This document shows positions 38,468 through 48,260 of a stretch of DNA of 64,000 bases, in pieces. Origin of the DNA: Bdellovibrionales bacterium. Lineage in GTDB: Bacteria; Bdellovibrionota; Bdellovibrionia; Bdellovibrionales; UBA1609. Under the pieces are notes generated by a model. That model did not search any database. It was not told the origin of the DNA and saw only the letters and a program-made list of their open reading frames with translations. The first letter of the stretch is position 1. Each line of letters starts with the position of its first letter. The stretch spans positions 128,001-192,000 of the forward strand of contig JAWLHR010000003.1 of assembly GCA_041690295.1 (NCBI GenBank), in the 5' to 3' direction. The position numbers and the translations under genes are program-made.

Positions 38468-38500
38468 AAAGCCCAGTCCGTCCGATTGGGCTTTTCTTTT
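38468..38500 (+). terminator. Intrinsic terminator/attenuator between rpmA and obgE
   Basis: AAAGCCCAGTC-cgtcc-GATTGGGCTTT followed by TCTTTT. Confidence 0.65.
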
Positions 38501-38509
38501 ATTAAGCCT

Positions 38510-39535
38510 ATGAAGTTCATAGATGAAGTCACCATCACAGTGAGTTCGGGAAAAGGTGGGCCGGGAGCGGTGAGCTTTCGTCGCGAGGCACTCGTTCCGC
38601 GTGGCGGACCCGATGGTGGCGACGGCGGTAAAGGCGGCGATGTCATAGTCAAAGTGGATCCGCGACTTCATTCCCTGCTTGATCTTCGATTCAAAAAGGA
38701 ATATCGCGCCGGCGATGGTGAGCCCGGGCAGGGTCGTAACCGATCGGGCAAGGATGGCGATGATCTTGTGCTGAATGTGCCGCCGGGAACCGTCATCAAA
38801 ACCAAAGACGGTCAGATCTTGCATGATCTGGCTGAAGGCCAAACTGTCGTTCTTTTGGAAGGGGGATTGGGCGGCAAGGGAAACACCTTTTATAAGTCAA
38901 GTGTGAATCAGGCGCCGACCATCGCGCAAAAGGGCCTGCCCGGCAAGGAAATGGAAATCCGCCTTGAACTCAAGCTTCTAGCGGATGTGGGACTCATCGG
39001 ACTGCCCAATGCCGGCAAGAGCACCCTTATTTCGCGCATGTCATCGGCCCGACCCAAAATCGCTGACTATCCGTTCACCACGCTTGTGCCGAATCTCGGG
39101 GTGGTTCGATTCGCCGATAATCTTTCCTTTGTGGTGGCCGATATTCCCGGATTGATTGAAGGTGCGCACGCGGGCGCCGGACTGGGCATACAATTTCTTA
39201 AGCACGTCGAGCGTTGTCGGGTGCTGGTCCACCTGGTTGACGCCAGTTCGATGGCGACCAAAGATCCGATCGAGGCTTATCACGAGATCCGCCGCGAATT
39301 GGAACTCTATGATGAATCCAAAAAGGACGAAGAAGGATATCAACCGTTATCCACACGGCCCGAAATTATCGTCTTGAACAAGATTGACGCGAACTCCGAA
39401 GAGAACCTCACTGTCATTCGAAAGCAGTTTAAATCCAAGGGACTTCAGTTTTTTGAAATATCAGCCGCCACTGGCAAGAATGTTAAACAATTAATCGATG
39501 AGCTCGGTCGGAGAATATTCAATGAAAAAGCTTAA
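38510..39535 (+). CDS. obgE: GTPase ObgE/CgtA
   Basis: MKFIDEV, GGPDGGDGG, GLPNAGKST, YPFTT, DIPG, NKID. Confidence 0.96.
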   Translation: MKFIDEVTITVSSGKGGPGAVSFRREALVPRGGPDGGDGGKGGDVIVKVDPRLHSLLDLRFKKEYRAGDGEPGQGRNRSGKDGDDLVLNVPPGTVIKTKDGQILHDLAEGQTVVLLEGGLGGKGNTFYKSSVNQAPTIAQKGLPGKEMEIRLELKLLADVGLIGLPNAGKSTLISRMSSARPKIADYPFTTLVPNLGVVRFADNLSFVVADIPGLIEGAHAGAGLGIQFLKHVERCRVLVHLVDASSMATKDPIEAYHEIRRELELYDESKKDEEGYQPLSTRPEIIVLNKIDANSEENLTVIRKQFKSKGLQFFEISAATGKNVKQLIDELGRRIFNEKA

Positions 39536-40520
39536 GCTCGGTTTGTTCGGAGGGACCTTCGATCCGTTGCATTTCGGACATTTGAACAGCATGCTCACTG
39601 TGGCCGAAAAATTCCGCCTCGATAAAGTCATGGCGATTCCGGCCAATATCAGTCCGCTGAGAGTGCAAACCCAGGGTTCCACTCCTGAACAGCGGCTCAA
39701 GATGCTGGAACTCGGGATCAAAGGGCACGAAGACTTGATCACCATCGACACCCAGGAAATGGAGCGCGGTGGGATCAGTTTCACCATCGACACCGTTCGC
39801 AACTACTTATCCCGTGATGACATCGCCGAATTGTATCTGATTATCGGAATGGATCAGTTTCTTAAGTTCGACCAGTGGAAGGAGTTCGACCAGATACTGG
39901 CCAATGTCGATCTCGTCGTCACTTCGCGACCGGGTCTTGAATTACCGCAAACTATGGATGACTGGCCGGTCGCGGTTCGCGCCCTGGTGGCGGATGTGGA
40001 TCGCAACCAAGCCATGCTGAAGAATGGGAAGAGCATTCACTTTGTCCAACTTAATGATGTCGATGTCTCAGCCAGTGAAGTGCGAAGAAAGGTGCGGCTC
40101 GGACAAAGTATCCAAACGGATGTTCCTCCGGCGGTGGCCGAATACATCCGCGAACAAAAACTTTATGAGTCCGTGCAACAAAGTATCGGCGACTTTGAAA
40201 AGTTCACGCAGTATTGCGCTCAGCTTTTGACTGAAAAAGGCGGCGTGAACGTCCAGTCTTTTGATTTGCGTGACCGCTCGGCACCGTCCGAATTCACCCT
40301 TATCGCTTCGGGCACCAGTACCCGTCATGCCACCGCTTTGGCCGAACATGTGATTAAGGAAGTTAAGAAAGACTACGGCGTGTGGCCTGAAAGTTTGGAA
40401 GGGCAAAACGAAGGCCGCTGGGTGGTGATTGATTACGGCGCTCTGATCATTCATGTGTTTTACGATTATGTTCGCAGTGAGTACCGCCTTGAGGAACTTT
40501 GGAGTTACCGGAGGCAATGA
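39522..40520 (+). CDS. nadD: Fusion of nicotinate-nucleotide adenylyltransferase NadD and ribosome silencing factor RsfS
   Basis: GGTFDPLHFGH and SASEVR (NadD), then in frame ASGTSTRHATALA...WVVIDYGALIIHVF...RSEYRLEELW (RsfS). Confidence 0.9.
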   Translation: MKKLKLGLFGGTFDPLHFGHLNSMLTVAEKFRLDKVMAIPANISPLRVQTQGSTPEQRLKMLELGIKGHEDLITIDTQEMERGGISFTIDTVRNYLSRDDIAELYLIIGMDQFLKFDQWKEFDQILANVDLVVTSRPGLELPQTMDDWPVAVRALVADVDRNQAMLKNGKSIHFVQLNDVDVSASEVRRKVRLGQSIQTDVPPAVAEYIREQKLYESVQQSIGDFEKFTQYCAQLLTEKGGVNVQSFDLRDRSAPSEFTLIASGTSTRHATALAEHVIKEVKKDYGVWPESLEGQNEGRWVVIDYGALIIHVFYDYVRSEYRLEELWSYRRQ

Positions 40521-40990
40521 AGTTCAAATTCGTTTTCCTTGAAACCAAGGCGCCCTCCTGGGTGAATGAAGCGCGTTCCGAATACCAAAAGAAAATTTCT
40601 CCTTTTGTGCCTCTTGAACTGCGAACCCTTAAAAGCCCATCCGCCGAGCGTGATGAGCGAGCCATCAAACGGACGAAAGAGGGGCGCCTCTTATTGAAGG
40701 AATTCGAACCGAAAGATCTGGTCATTTTGTTCGATGAAAAGGGAAAGCTGGCCCGCTCTTCAGAGGAATTTTCCGAAAAGTTAAACCGGGTCATCCAATC
40801 CGCGAAAAGCCAGGCCGTTTTTTGTATCGGTGGCGCCTACGGATTTTCGGACGAAGTCCTGGCCCGCGCCGATGAGCGTTGGTCGCTTTCGCCGTTGACG
40901 CTCAATCATTGGCTCGCGCAATTGGCGGCACTGGAGCAGATCTACCGGGGGCTCACCATTCTGCGCGGAATTCCCTATCATAATCGCTGA
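40517..40990 (+). CDS. rlmH: 23S rRNA pseudouridine-1915 N3-methyltransferase
   Basis: IGGAYG, SLSPLTLNH, EQIYRG...PYH. Confidence 0.92.
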   Translation: MKFKFVFLETKAPSWVNEARSEYQKKISPFVPLELRTLKSPSAERDERAIKRTKEGRLLLKEFEPKDLVILFDEKGKLARSSEEFSEKLNRVIQSAKSQAVFCIGGAYGFSDEVLARADERWSLSPLTLNHWLAQLAALEQIYRGLTILRGIPYHNR

Positions 40991-41029
40991 TTCCGTTTAC
41001 CGGATGTCGCGGACGTCCTGGGTTAACGA

Positions 41030-41686
41030 ATGAGTTCTTGGACGGGATTGAGTCTTGCCTTGTCTTTCCGCGTGGCTTTTTCCTTCTTGATTTGTCCCAT
41101 TTGTAAGCTTCCGGGTTTTCGTGAGTTCCAACTTTGCCGGTTCTGCGCCGTCGAGCTGATGGCGAAACGAAGTCCAATCGTGCGTGGAGGTGATTTTCCC
41201 ATCCGGAGTCTCTTTCGTTGGCGTCCAGGGGACATAAGCTTAATCCCCCGGCTCGCCTACGCGTATAAAGCCTGTGAGTCGACCGGGCCATGGCTGGAGT
41301 TCGCGACGTGGATGGTTGAATCTCATCCCTCTCCGCCTCCCAAGTCCGCCGTATTGATTCCGATCCCAGGACCGCGCCCGAATCACGCCCTTGGCTTTGC
41401 CCGCGCCCTCAGCCGCATTCTCGGGTGTCCCGTTGAGGATGTTCTGCTTCCGGTGCTCGGCCGCTCACAAAAGAATTTGAACCGGGAGAAGCGCTTGGCC
41501 ATTCGCTTTCAGCTCCGCTCATCTGATTTGTGCATGAAATACAGGAGTGTCGTGGTGATTGACGATATCGTGACCACGGGCGCGACCGCGAGGGCGGCTT
41601 ATGAGGCATTGGACAGGCCTGCTTTTTGCGAGCATTGGTGTTTAATCGACCGGCGACCTTGCGGTGACTTCCGGCCGCTGCTATAA
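41030..41686 (+). CDS. ComF-family phosphoribosyltransferase-like protein (start uncertain)
   Basis: CPIC/CRFC zinc ribbon, VIDDIVTTGAT. Confidence 0.78.
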   Translation: MSSWTGLSLALSFRVAFSFLICPICKLPGFREFQLCRFCAVELMAKRSPIVRGGDFPIRSLFRWRPGDISLIPRLAYAYKACESTGPWLEFATWMVESHPSPPPKSAVLIPIPGPRPNHALGFARALSRILGCPVEDVLLPVLGRSQKNLNREKRLAIRFQLRSSDLCMKYRSVVVIDDIVTTGATARAAYEALDRPAFCEHWCLIDRRPCGDFRPLL

Positions 41687-41693
41687 AAACCGA

Positions 41694-42329
41694 ATGTTTA
41701 AATCTATCCTCCTTTGTTTATTTATCTTTTCGCCCTTTTCTTTCGCCGACGCGAAGTCGTCCGTGCGCGAAGTGAACGCTGTATTAACCAAATACCGCTC
41801 GGCCGAGGCCTTTCGCGCGAAAGTCAAAAAAACGGTTGTTCAGGAAGTCATGGAGACGGAAACGGTCGCGGAAGGCCGGTTTTATTTCTCAAAAGGCAAG
41901 CTTCGCATGGAAATGGGTGAGCCGGATTTCACCACCCTGGTCTATGACGGGCGCGTGATTTGGATGGAGTCGAAGATCGACGACGAACGGATCCAGGTTA
42001 TCAAAGTCGTCTCTCGCAGCTTGAAACGCAGTGATTCGGTTTTGGCTTCGCTTTTCGGACGTGCCAGTGTTCTTGAGTCGTTCGATTTGATCAAAGAAGA
42101 GAAATCCGGCGATATGAAGGTCTATTCGTTTAAACCGCGCCGAAGCACGAAAACCGAAGTTCGCTATTTGGAAATCGCGCTCCGGGATAAAGAGTTGCAA
42201 CGGGTGACTTATAAAGATGATCGCGACAACCGGATCAGCATTGAGTTCGATGATGTCGTGCGCGAGCGGATCGATGCCGCGAAATTCGCTTACAAACCTC
42301 CAAAAGGCTCCGAGCTTACGGAATTGTGA
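41694..42329 (+). CDS. LolA-family outer-membrane lipoprotein carrier
   Basis: Signal peptide, GRFYFSKGKLRME, VYDGRVIW, FAYKPPKG. Confidence 0.8.
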   Translation: MFKSILLCLFIFSPFSFADAKSSVREVNAVLTKYRSAEAFRAKVKKTVVQEVMETETVAEGRFYFSKGKLRMEMGEPDFTTLVYDGRVIWMESKIDDERIQVIKVVSRSLKRSDSVLASLFGRASVLESFDLIKEEKSGDMKVYSFKPRRSTKTEVRYLEIALRDKELQRVTYKDDRDNRISIEFDDVVRERIDAAKFAYKPPKGSELTEL

Positions 42330-43693
42330 TGGAAGAAACAGAGGTTTCAAAGAAAGTTCATTTCGTCAGTCTGGGTTGCCCCAAGAACCTGGTGGACACC
42401 GAAATCATGCTGGGCTCGCTGATGCGCGATGGATATCAGGTCGTGGAAAATCCCGAGCAAGCGGATACGGTGGTGGTTAACACCTGCGGCTTCATCGAAG
42501 CTTCCAAACAGGAATCAATCGATAAGATTCTGGAGATGGCCGAGCTTAAAAAATCCGCGGGCGTTAAAAAAGTGGTGGTCGCGGGATGTCTGACCCAAAG
42601 GTACAAAGATGAGTTGGTCGAGGGGTTGCCGGAAGCGGATTTGTTCATCGGTTCAGGTCAGTTTCAAAATATCGCAAAAATTTTAAAGGACTCCCGCGCC
42701 GGCGTTAAAGAGAAGAGATATTTTAATCTTCCGACCTATCTGCAAGAGGACCATTCGCCCCGGGTGAACTCCCAACCCCGCCATCGCGCTTATTTAAAGA
42801 TTTCCGAAGGGTGCAAGAAACGTTGTTCGTTTTGCGCCATTCCTTTGATTCGTGGCAATTTGCAGTCGCGCAAGCTGAGTTCGATTTTAAGTGAAGCGAA
42901 GCTGCTGGTCGCGGGCGGAGTGAAGGAACTCATCATTGTCAGTCACGATTTCACGGACTTCGGCTGGGACTTACGTAAGCAAAATTCGCAATCGCGCGAA
43001 ACGCCGGATGAACTCTTGCGTGTTTTGGCCGACGAGTCCGGCGCGGAATGGATACGGGTTCTTTACCTTTATCCCGACGGCGTATCGGACACCACGCTGG
43101 AGTTGATGCGTGCCCGGCCGAACTTGGTCAAATATTTCGATATGCCCCTGCAGCACATCAACAACGAGATGTTGAAGAGCATGAACCGGCGGATGACTCG
43201 GGAAAAGATCGAGCGCACGATCCATGACATTCGCGAACGTATTCCCGAAGCCGTGATTCGCACGCAGTTCATCGTGGGCTTTCCGGGAGAGACGGAAGCG
43301 CATTTTGAAGAGCTGCTTCGGTTCGTCGAAGATATGCGCTTTGATCGAGTCGGCTGCTTTACTTACTCCGCGGAAGAAAACACCAAGGCCGCTGGATTGC
43401 CGAACCAAGTGGACCAGAAGACTAAACAAAAAAGACATGATCTTTTGATGGAGTTGCAGCAAGGCATCTCACGGCAAAAACATCAGGAATGGATCGGCCG
43501 AACGATCGATGTTTTGGTGGAAGGCTATAGCGAAGAAACCGATTTACTTTTGGTCGGCCGTCATGCCCAACAAGCGCCGGAGATCGACGGTGTCACATAC
43601 ATTAATGAGGGCCAAGCCAACGTGGGGGATATGGTGAAGGTGCGGGTCACGGACGCGATGGATTACGATCTCGTCGGTGGCATCTTGAGTTAA
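42329..43693 (+). CDS. rimO: Ribosomal protein S12 methylthiotransferase
   Basis: SLGCPKNLVD, YLKISEGCKKRCSFC, APEIDG TRAM domain. Confidence 0.95.
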   Translation: MEETEVSKKVHFVSLGCPKNLVDTEIMLGSLMRDGYQVVENPEQADTVVVNTCGFIEASKQESIDKILEMAELKKSAGVKKVVVAGCLTQRYKDELVEGLPEADLFIGSGQFQNIAKILKDSRAGVKEKRYFNLPTYLQEDHSPRVNSQPRHRAYLKISEGCKKRCSFCAIPLIRGNLQSRKLSSILSEAKLLVAGGVKELIIVSHDFTDFGWDLRKQNSQSRETPDELLRVLADESGAEWIRVLYLYPDGVSDTTLELMRARPNLVKYFDMPLQHINNEMLKSMNRRMTREKIERTIHDIRERIPEAVIRTQFIVGFPGETEAHFEELLRFVEDMRFDRVGCFTYSAEENTKAAGLPNQVDQKTKQKRHDLLMELQQGISRQKHQEWIGRTIDVLVEGYSEETDLLLVGRHAQQAPEIDGVTYINEGQANVGDMVKVRVTDAMDYDLVGGILS

Positions 43694-43719
43694 GATTTGG
43701 AAATTCCACAAGTATATTA

Positions 43720-43748
43720 TTGACATTGCGCCTCAAAGGACGTGCAAT
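43720..43748 (+). promoter_or_regulatory. Sigma70-type promoter
   Basis: TTGACA-N17-TGCAAT. Confidence 0.65.
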
Positions 43749-43793
43749 AGAAATATAGCTGCGGGGGCTGCAGCCGGAAATGGGGAGGGTAAC

Positions 43794-43871
43794 GTGATCA
43801 CCGGTCAATTTGTCATGATGATCGTCTATTCCGTTGTGATCTTTTTCGTCGTGAATATGCTGGTCAGCTGA
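43794..43871 (+). CDS. Putative 25-aa single-pass membrane microprotein
   Basis: GGAGG SD then GTG; MITGQFVMMIVYSVVIFFVVNMLVS*; below the ORF-track cutoff. Confidence 0.55.
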   Translation: MITGQFVMMIVYSVVIFFVVNMLVS

Positions 43872-43974
43872 GTTCCTAAAAAAACCCCAATCCCCCCTTG
43901 ACCATTTTTATTCAATGCGTTAAATAGCCATTTTAATTAAACTTTTAGTGCTAATCGGCGTGTTGGAGTAGTCC

Positions 43975-45207
43975 GTGATCGGTGGCCGGCTCTTCCAGAG
44001 AGTTTTTTGGATAGGTGTCTTGTTCGCCTGTCCTTTTGTCAAGGCCGAGGTGCAGTTTCAGGACATTCGAATTTGGACACGGGCTCGCAACATTGAGCCG
44101 GGTCAGCAGATTTGGTCATTTCAAACGTCCTATCAAAAGATCACTGATCGTTTTTCCAACCAAGGTGAATTACAGCCTCTGGGCCAGGCCTATAACCGGG
44201 CGGTGACCTGGCGAGAGATCCTCGAAAGTGAATCCAGTGTTCGCGCCGAGATGGAAGAATACATGCGTGAGCACGGCGCGGTTGAAACCGATTTGGCGGC
44301 TCTCGCCGAGTACGAAGTCGAGCGGGAAGAAATTGGCTTTCGATTGGCGTGGGCCTACGGACTCTTGCGGCGCTGGATGATCGGATTTGAAGTGCCGCTC
44401 ACTCGCCGTGAAACCTTTGTTCGTTCGAAAGTTTCTCTTTCGCCACAGCTCAACGATTTCTCGCGACGGATCCAAGCCAGCGGCGGTGATGTTAAGCAAA
44501 AGATCAAAGAGATCTCCGAACGGCAATTGGCCAACTCCGGTTACGACGAAATCCCGGACCGCCGATCCAGCTGGGATTGGGGCGACATCACTTTGCTCTC
44601 ACAATTCGGCGTGGTTCAAACCTATTCGTGGCACTGGTCCTTGCAGCAGATGTTACGGTTTCCCACCGCCCGCAATCAGGATATTGATGAATACATCCAA
44701 ACTTCGGACGACACCGGGCAAGTCGATATCGGATTGGTTTCCTTATTGGATTATCAGGGCCGGGCTTGGACGACGGGATTTCGCACGGGCTATATCGCGC
44801 AACTTCCGGATACGACTCGTTGGCGGATATCCGACGCGGACGAAAACCGGAGAATTGATCCCCAAATGAAACGTGATCTTGGTGATTGGTGGTTCGCCTC
44901 TCTCGATTTCGATTATCGCTATTCTTCGCGCTTGCACTTGAACTTGGAATCTTCGTACCTGATGAAGGCATCGGACCGCTTCAGCAGCACCGAAATCAGT
45001 CCCGGCGAAAGCACCCGGTTCGAACGCAACACCGAGCAAGAGATCGTGCAGACCCGCTTCGGCGCCCAATACGAAATTCATTCGGGCGGAACCCGCGCGG
45101 GCATCTCCAAAAAATGGATCGCGAGCGTGGGATACAATTATCCATGGATCGGACGTAACAGCCTGAACGCCAGTCGCGCCAGTATCGACCTGATCACCTA
45201 TTACTGA
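43975..45207 (+). CDS. Putative outer-membrane beta-barrel protein
   Basis: Signal peptide, alternating aromatic beta strands, C-terminal aromatic IDLITYY. Confidence 0.65.
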   Translation: MIGGRLFQRVFWIGVLFACPFVKAEVQFQDIRIWTRARNIEPGQQIWSFQTSYQKITDRFSNQGELQPLGQAYNRAVTWREILESESSVRAEMEEYMREHGAVETDLAALAEYEVEREEIGFRLAWAYGLLRRWMIGFEVPLTRRETFVRSKVSLSPQLNDFSRRIQASGGDVKQKIKEISERQLANSGYDEIPDRRSSWDWGDITLLSQFGVVQTYSWHWSLQQMLRFPTARNQDIDEYIQTSDDTGQVDIGLVSLLDYQGRAWTTGFRTGYIAQLPDTTRWRISDADENRRIDPQMKRDLGDWWFASLDFDYRYSSRLHLNLESSYLMKASDRFSSTEISPGESTRFERNTEQEIVQTRFGAQYEIHSGGTRAGISKKWIASVGYNYPWIGRNSLNASRASIDLITYY

Positions 45208-45713
45208 GCGAAATTGTAAATATCGTTATAGTTTCGGCCGATCTCTTCGGAATCCATTCCGTAACCGATGACAAAGCGGTCCTCGATCGTGCGTCCGACA
45301 TAATCGGGCGTGATGGGAAGCTCACGCAACGCGGGTTTATCGAGGAGGGCCACCACTTTGAGAGAGGCCGGATGCGAGGCGAGCAGGCGCGCTTTCAAGA
45401 AGCTCAGGGTGCGGCCGGCGTCGATGATTTCCTCGACGATGATCACGTGTTTGCCTTGAATATCTACCGTGATGTCTTTGATGATGCGACAACTTTGGCC
45501 TTTGGGTGAAGTCACGTAAACAAAATCGATGATCTGGGGCAGTTTGATTTTTCGCGCCAGATCCGCCACGAAAAGCACTGATCCTTTTAGCGGGCAAATC
45601 AGAACGATTTCCTTGTTTTCATAATCGCGCTCGATCTCGCGGGCGATTTCAGATACCATCTCGTCGATTTCAGCTTTGGTGATGGATGGCACCATTCCTT
45701 CACGCATCTGCAT
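45201..45713 (-). CDS. hpt: Hypoxanthine phosphoribosyltransferase
   Basis: LKGSVLF, IVEEIIDAGRTL, FVIGYGMD. Confidence 0.88.
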   Translation of the reverse strand: MQMREGMVPSITKAEIDEMVSEIAREIERDYENKEIVLICPLKGSVLFVADLARKIKLPQIIDFVYVTSPKGQSCRIIKDITVDIQGKHVIIVEEIIDAGRTLSFLKARLLASHPASLKVVALLDKPALRELPITPDYVGRTIEDRFVIGYGMDSEEIGRNYNDIYNFAQ

Positions 45714-46431
45714 GTGGACCTCTTTGTGTCAGAGCCTGCGCTTGCCGCAAAAGGCGATGGGCTTCACTGTGATTGGGATCGCGTTGGACCGTGGCTTCCC
45801 ATTGTTCGACGGCGCCGGGAATATCTCCGGTTTCGTACAGAATTCGACCTAAACGAACCCGCGCACTCAGGAATCCCGGATATTCCCGGATCAGGTTTCG
45901 CAATTCGCGCAAGGCCTTGTCGGTTTCTTGCAGGCGAAGATAACACTCCACCACTTTCATGGTCAGTTCCGGCTTACGGTTCGAAAGAGTCAGCGCCTTG
46001 TAATACTGATCAAGCGCGTCCTTGAACCGGCTGTGATGAAAATACATCTCGCCGAGTTCATCGTGTTTGATGCTGAACTTTTCGTTGATGTACGGATCGT
46101 CCTGCGAGTTTTGCCGGGCGAGCAGCTCACGAGCTTCTTCAAAAACCTTGCGGCCTTCTTCGTATTTGCCGATGTCATTGAGAATGATGCTCAGACCGAC
46201 GCTGGCGTCCGTGAAGGTGGGCTCAAGTTCCAAAGCCCTGCGAAACGCCCTGATGGCTTTATTGAATTTGCCCTGGTCGTAATAAATCGTGCCCAGCATG
46301 TGAAAGACTTCGGGCGATTTGGCGTTTTTCAAAATCAACTGGTTCAAAATCGGCTCAGCCAAAGCGTACTTGTTTTCGCGAAAATAATCGCGAGCGCTGG
46401 TTAACATGTCGTCGTTAGATGCGGTCTCCAA
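45700..46431 (-). CDS. Tetratricopeptide repeat protein
   Basis: Multiple TPR consensus repeats (LGTIYYDQGKFNKAIRAFRRAL). Confidence 0.85.
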   Translation of the reverse strand: METASNDDMLTSARDYFRENKYALAEPILNQLILKNAKSPEVFHMLGTIYYDQGKFNKAIRAFRRALELEPTFTDASVGLSIILNDIGKYEEGRKVFEEARELLARQNSQDDPYINEKFSIKHDELGEMYFHHSRFKDALDQYYKALTLSNRKPELTMKVVECYLRLQETDKALRELRNLIREYPGFLSARVRLGRILYETGDIPGAVEQWEATVQRDPNHSEAHRLLRQAQALTQRGPHADA

Positions 46432-47149
46432 TTTCGCGCCTCGCTTTCTCGGCCTCAGCGGTGTTTTTATGGTTTGCCATCAGCCGCTGATAATAGATTT
46501 TGGCCTTGCCCATTTCTTTGATTTTAAACGCGCTCACAGCCGCGCCGTAAAGCGCGCGCGCGTCGAACCCCAGTTTGGGATACTTCTGCAAAAGACCTTC
46601 AAACCGGGCCAGAGCGCTCTCGTAATGATCGCGAATGAAATAAAAGTGACCGACATAGTATTCTTTTTCGGCCAGCATCTTCAGAGCTTTTAATTTATGT
46701 TCTTTCGCCTCTTTGGCGTAGGTGCTGTTCGGATAGGACTGAATGACCTCGTCAAAATACAAAATCGCGCGCTCCGCGCCGGCCAGGTCGCGATCGATAG
46801 TGGAAGGAAGTTGTTTAAAGAAACTGAGCCCCAACCGCCAGGTGACGTAGTCGATTTTCGGGTGAGAGGGGTGCATTTCCTTGAACACTTGATAAGCGTT
46901 TTGAGCTTCAATGTATTCTTCGCGCTTAAAGTGAATATCGGCGATTCGCAGTTCAGCTTCCGTCGCCAGTTTTGAGTACGGATGTTTGTTTTTTACCGTC
47001 GAGAACTGCTGGATCGCTTCCTCATAACGTTCGTCTTTTTCGTACTTTTCCCCGAGTTTGAATCCACCCTCGGCCGTGCTCGTGTCGATCTCGGGAGTGG
47101 AGGAACAGCCGAATAAAATGAGGGCTAACAAAATAGCTAAGGCGCGCAT
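46415..47149 (-). CDS. bamD: Outer membrane protein assembly factor BamD
   Basis: Lipobox LFGC, HPYS, DRDL, LAEKEYYVGHFY. Confidence 0.88.
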   Translation of the reverse strand: MRALAILLALILFGCSSTPEIDTSTAEGGFKLGEKYEKDERYEEAIQQFSTVKNKHPYSKLATEAELRIADIHFKREEYIEAQNAYQVFKEMHPSHPKIDYVTWRLGLSFFKQLPSTIDRDLAGAERAILYFDEVIQSYPNSTYAKEAKEHKLKALKMLAEKEYYVGHFYFIRDHYESALARFEGLLQKYPKLGFDARALYGAAVSAFKIKEMGKAKIYYQRLMANHKNTAEAEKARREIGDRI

Positions 47150-47204
47150 CTGGGAGCCATAGTACAGAAGCCCGTCGCGCAAAGTCAATTGAGCACTGGG
47201 ACGC

Positions 47205-48260
47205 TCAGGATCGGGTGTCGATCAGCTGACGATAAATCGTGCTGACGGTGACCTTTAGCGTGCTGGCGACCGGAATGGAGATGATCATGCCAAGAATTCC
47301 GAGCACCTGCGCGCCGGCGATCATAACCACGATCACCGTGACCGGGTGCAGGTCCACGATTTTGGCGACCATCCAAGGAATCAGAAGTCCCGCGTCGATC
47401 AATTGCGCGATAATATAAACCGTCGCAAGGAGAGCGATATCCAGGGAACTGTACCCGTTGACCGTGGCGATCACGAAAGCCGGGACAGCGCCCAAAATCG
47501 GTCCAAGATAGGGAATGATGTTCATCAGACCGGCGACAAACCCCAAAAGTATCGCGTAGGGGAAGGAAATAATTAAAAGCCCCAGGGAAGTGACCAGCCC
47601 CACGATAAAGCTTTCGAGCAACCGGGCACGCACGAACTGACCGATCTGCAGGTTGATTTGGTGGAGCAGGCTCAGCGCGGTTTCAAAAAGATGATTGGGC
47701 ACGAGTCCCAAAGCGCCGCGCAGGACGACCCGGCCGTCTTTAACCATGAAAAAGGCCAAGAACGGGCCAAGAAGCATGACGGTGATGAAAGTCCGCAAAA
47801 ATTTTGGGACGGATTCGAAAAACTGGTGAGTTCCGGCGGTGAGAAAGGTCTCCACTCTGGAGGTCAGGTCGAAGGTGGCCAGCGGCCCCGCCAGTGAGTG
47901 CACCCGGGCTTCGAGTTCGGCGATGAAATGACTCACACCCAAAATAAAGCGCGGAGCATCTTCTTTGAGTCGGGCCAAGGTTTCGCCCAGATAAGGGGCC
48001 ACCCAAACTCCGGTGAGAATCAAAGCGCAGCCGATAACCAGAAAAACGAACGTGGTCGCGAACGCGCGCGAAATCCCCTGGCGTTCCATGAAATTGACCG
48101 CCGGGCCGAGTGTGTAGGAGACGACAAACGCGATCAACGCCGAAACCAGAAGATTCTCCACCCATAGCAAGGCGAGAAATCCGCCCACCAGCACGACCAG
48201 TAGACTCAGCAGCTTCCAGCGATTGATACGCCTGAGCGTTTGTTGTGAAACCGATCTCAT
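47205..48260 (-). CDS. AI-2E family transporter
   Basis: NIIPYLGP, LHPV, GILGMIISIP. Confidence 0.88.
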   Translation of the reverse strand: MRSVSQQTLRRINRWKLLSLLVVLVGGFLALLWVENLLVSALIAFVVSYTLGPAVNFMERQGISRAFATTFVFLVIGCALILTGVWVAPYLGETLARLKEDAPRFILGVSHFIAELEARVHSLAGPLATFDLTSRVETFLTAGTHQFFESVPKFLRTFITVMLLGPFLAFFMVKDGRVVLRGALGLVPNHLFETALSLLHQINLQIGQFVRARLLESFIVGLVTSLGLLIISFPYAILLGFVAGLMNIIPYLGPILGAVPAFVIATVNGYSSLDIALLATVYIIAQLIDAGLLIPWMVAKIVDLHPVTVIVVMIAGAQVLGILGMIISIPVASTLKVTVSTIYRQLIDTRS

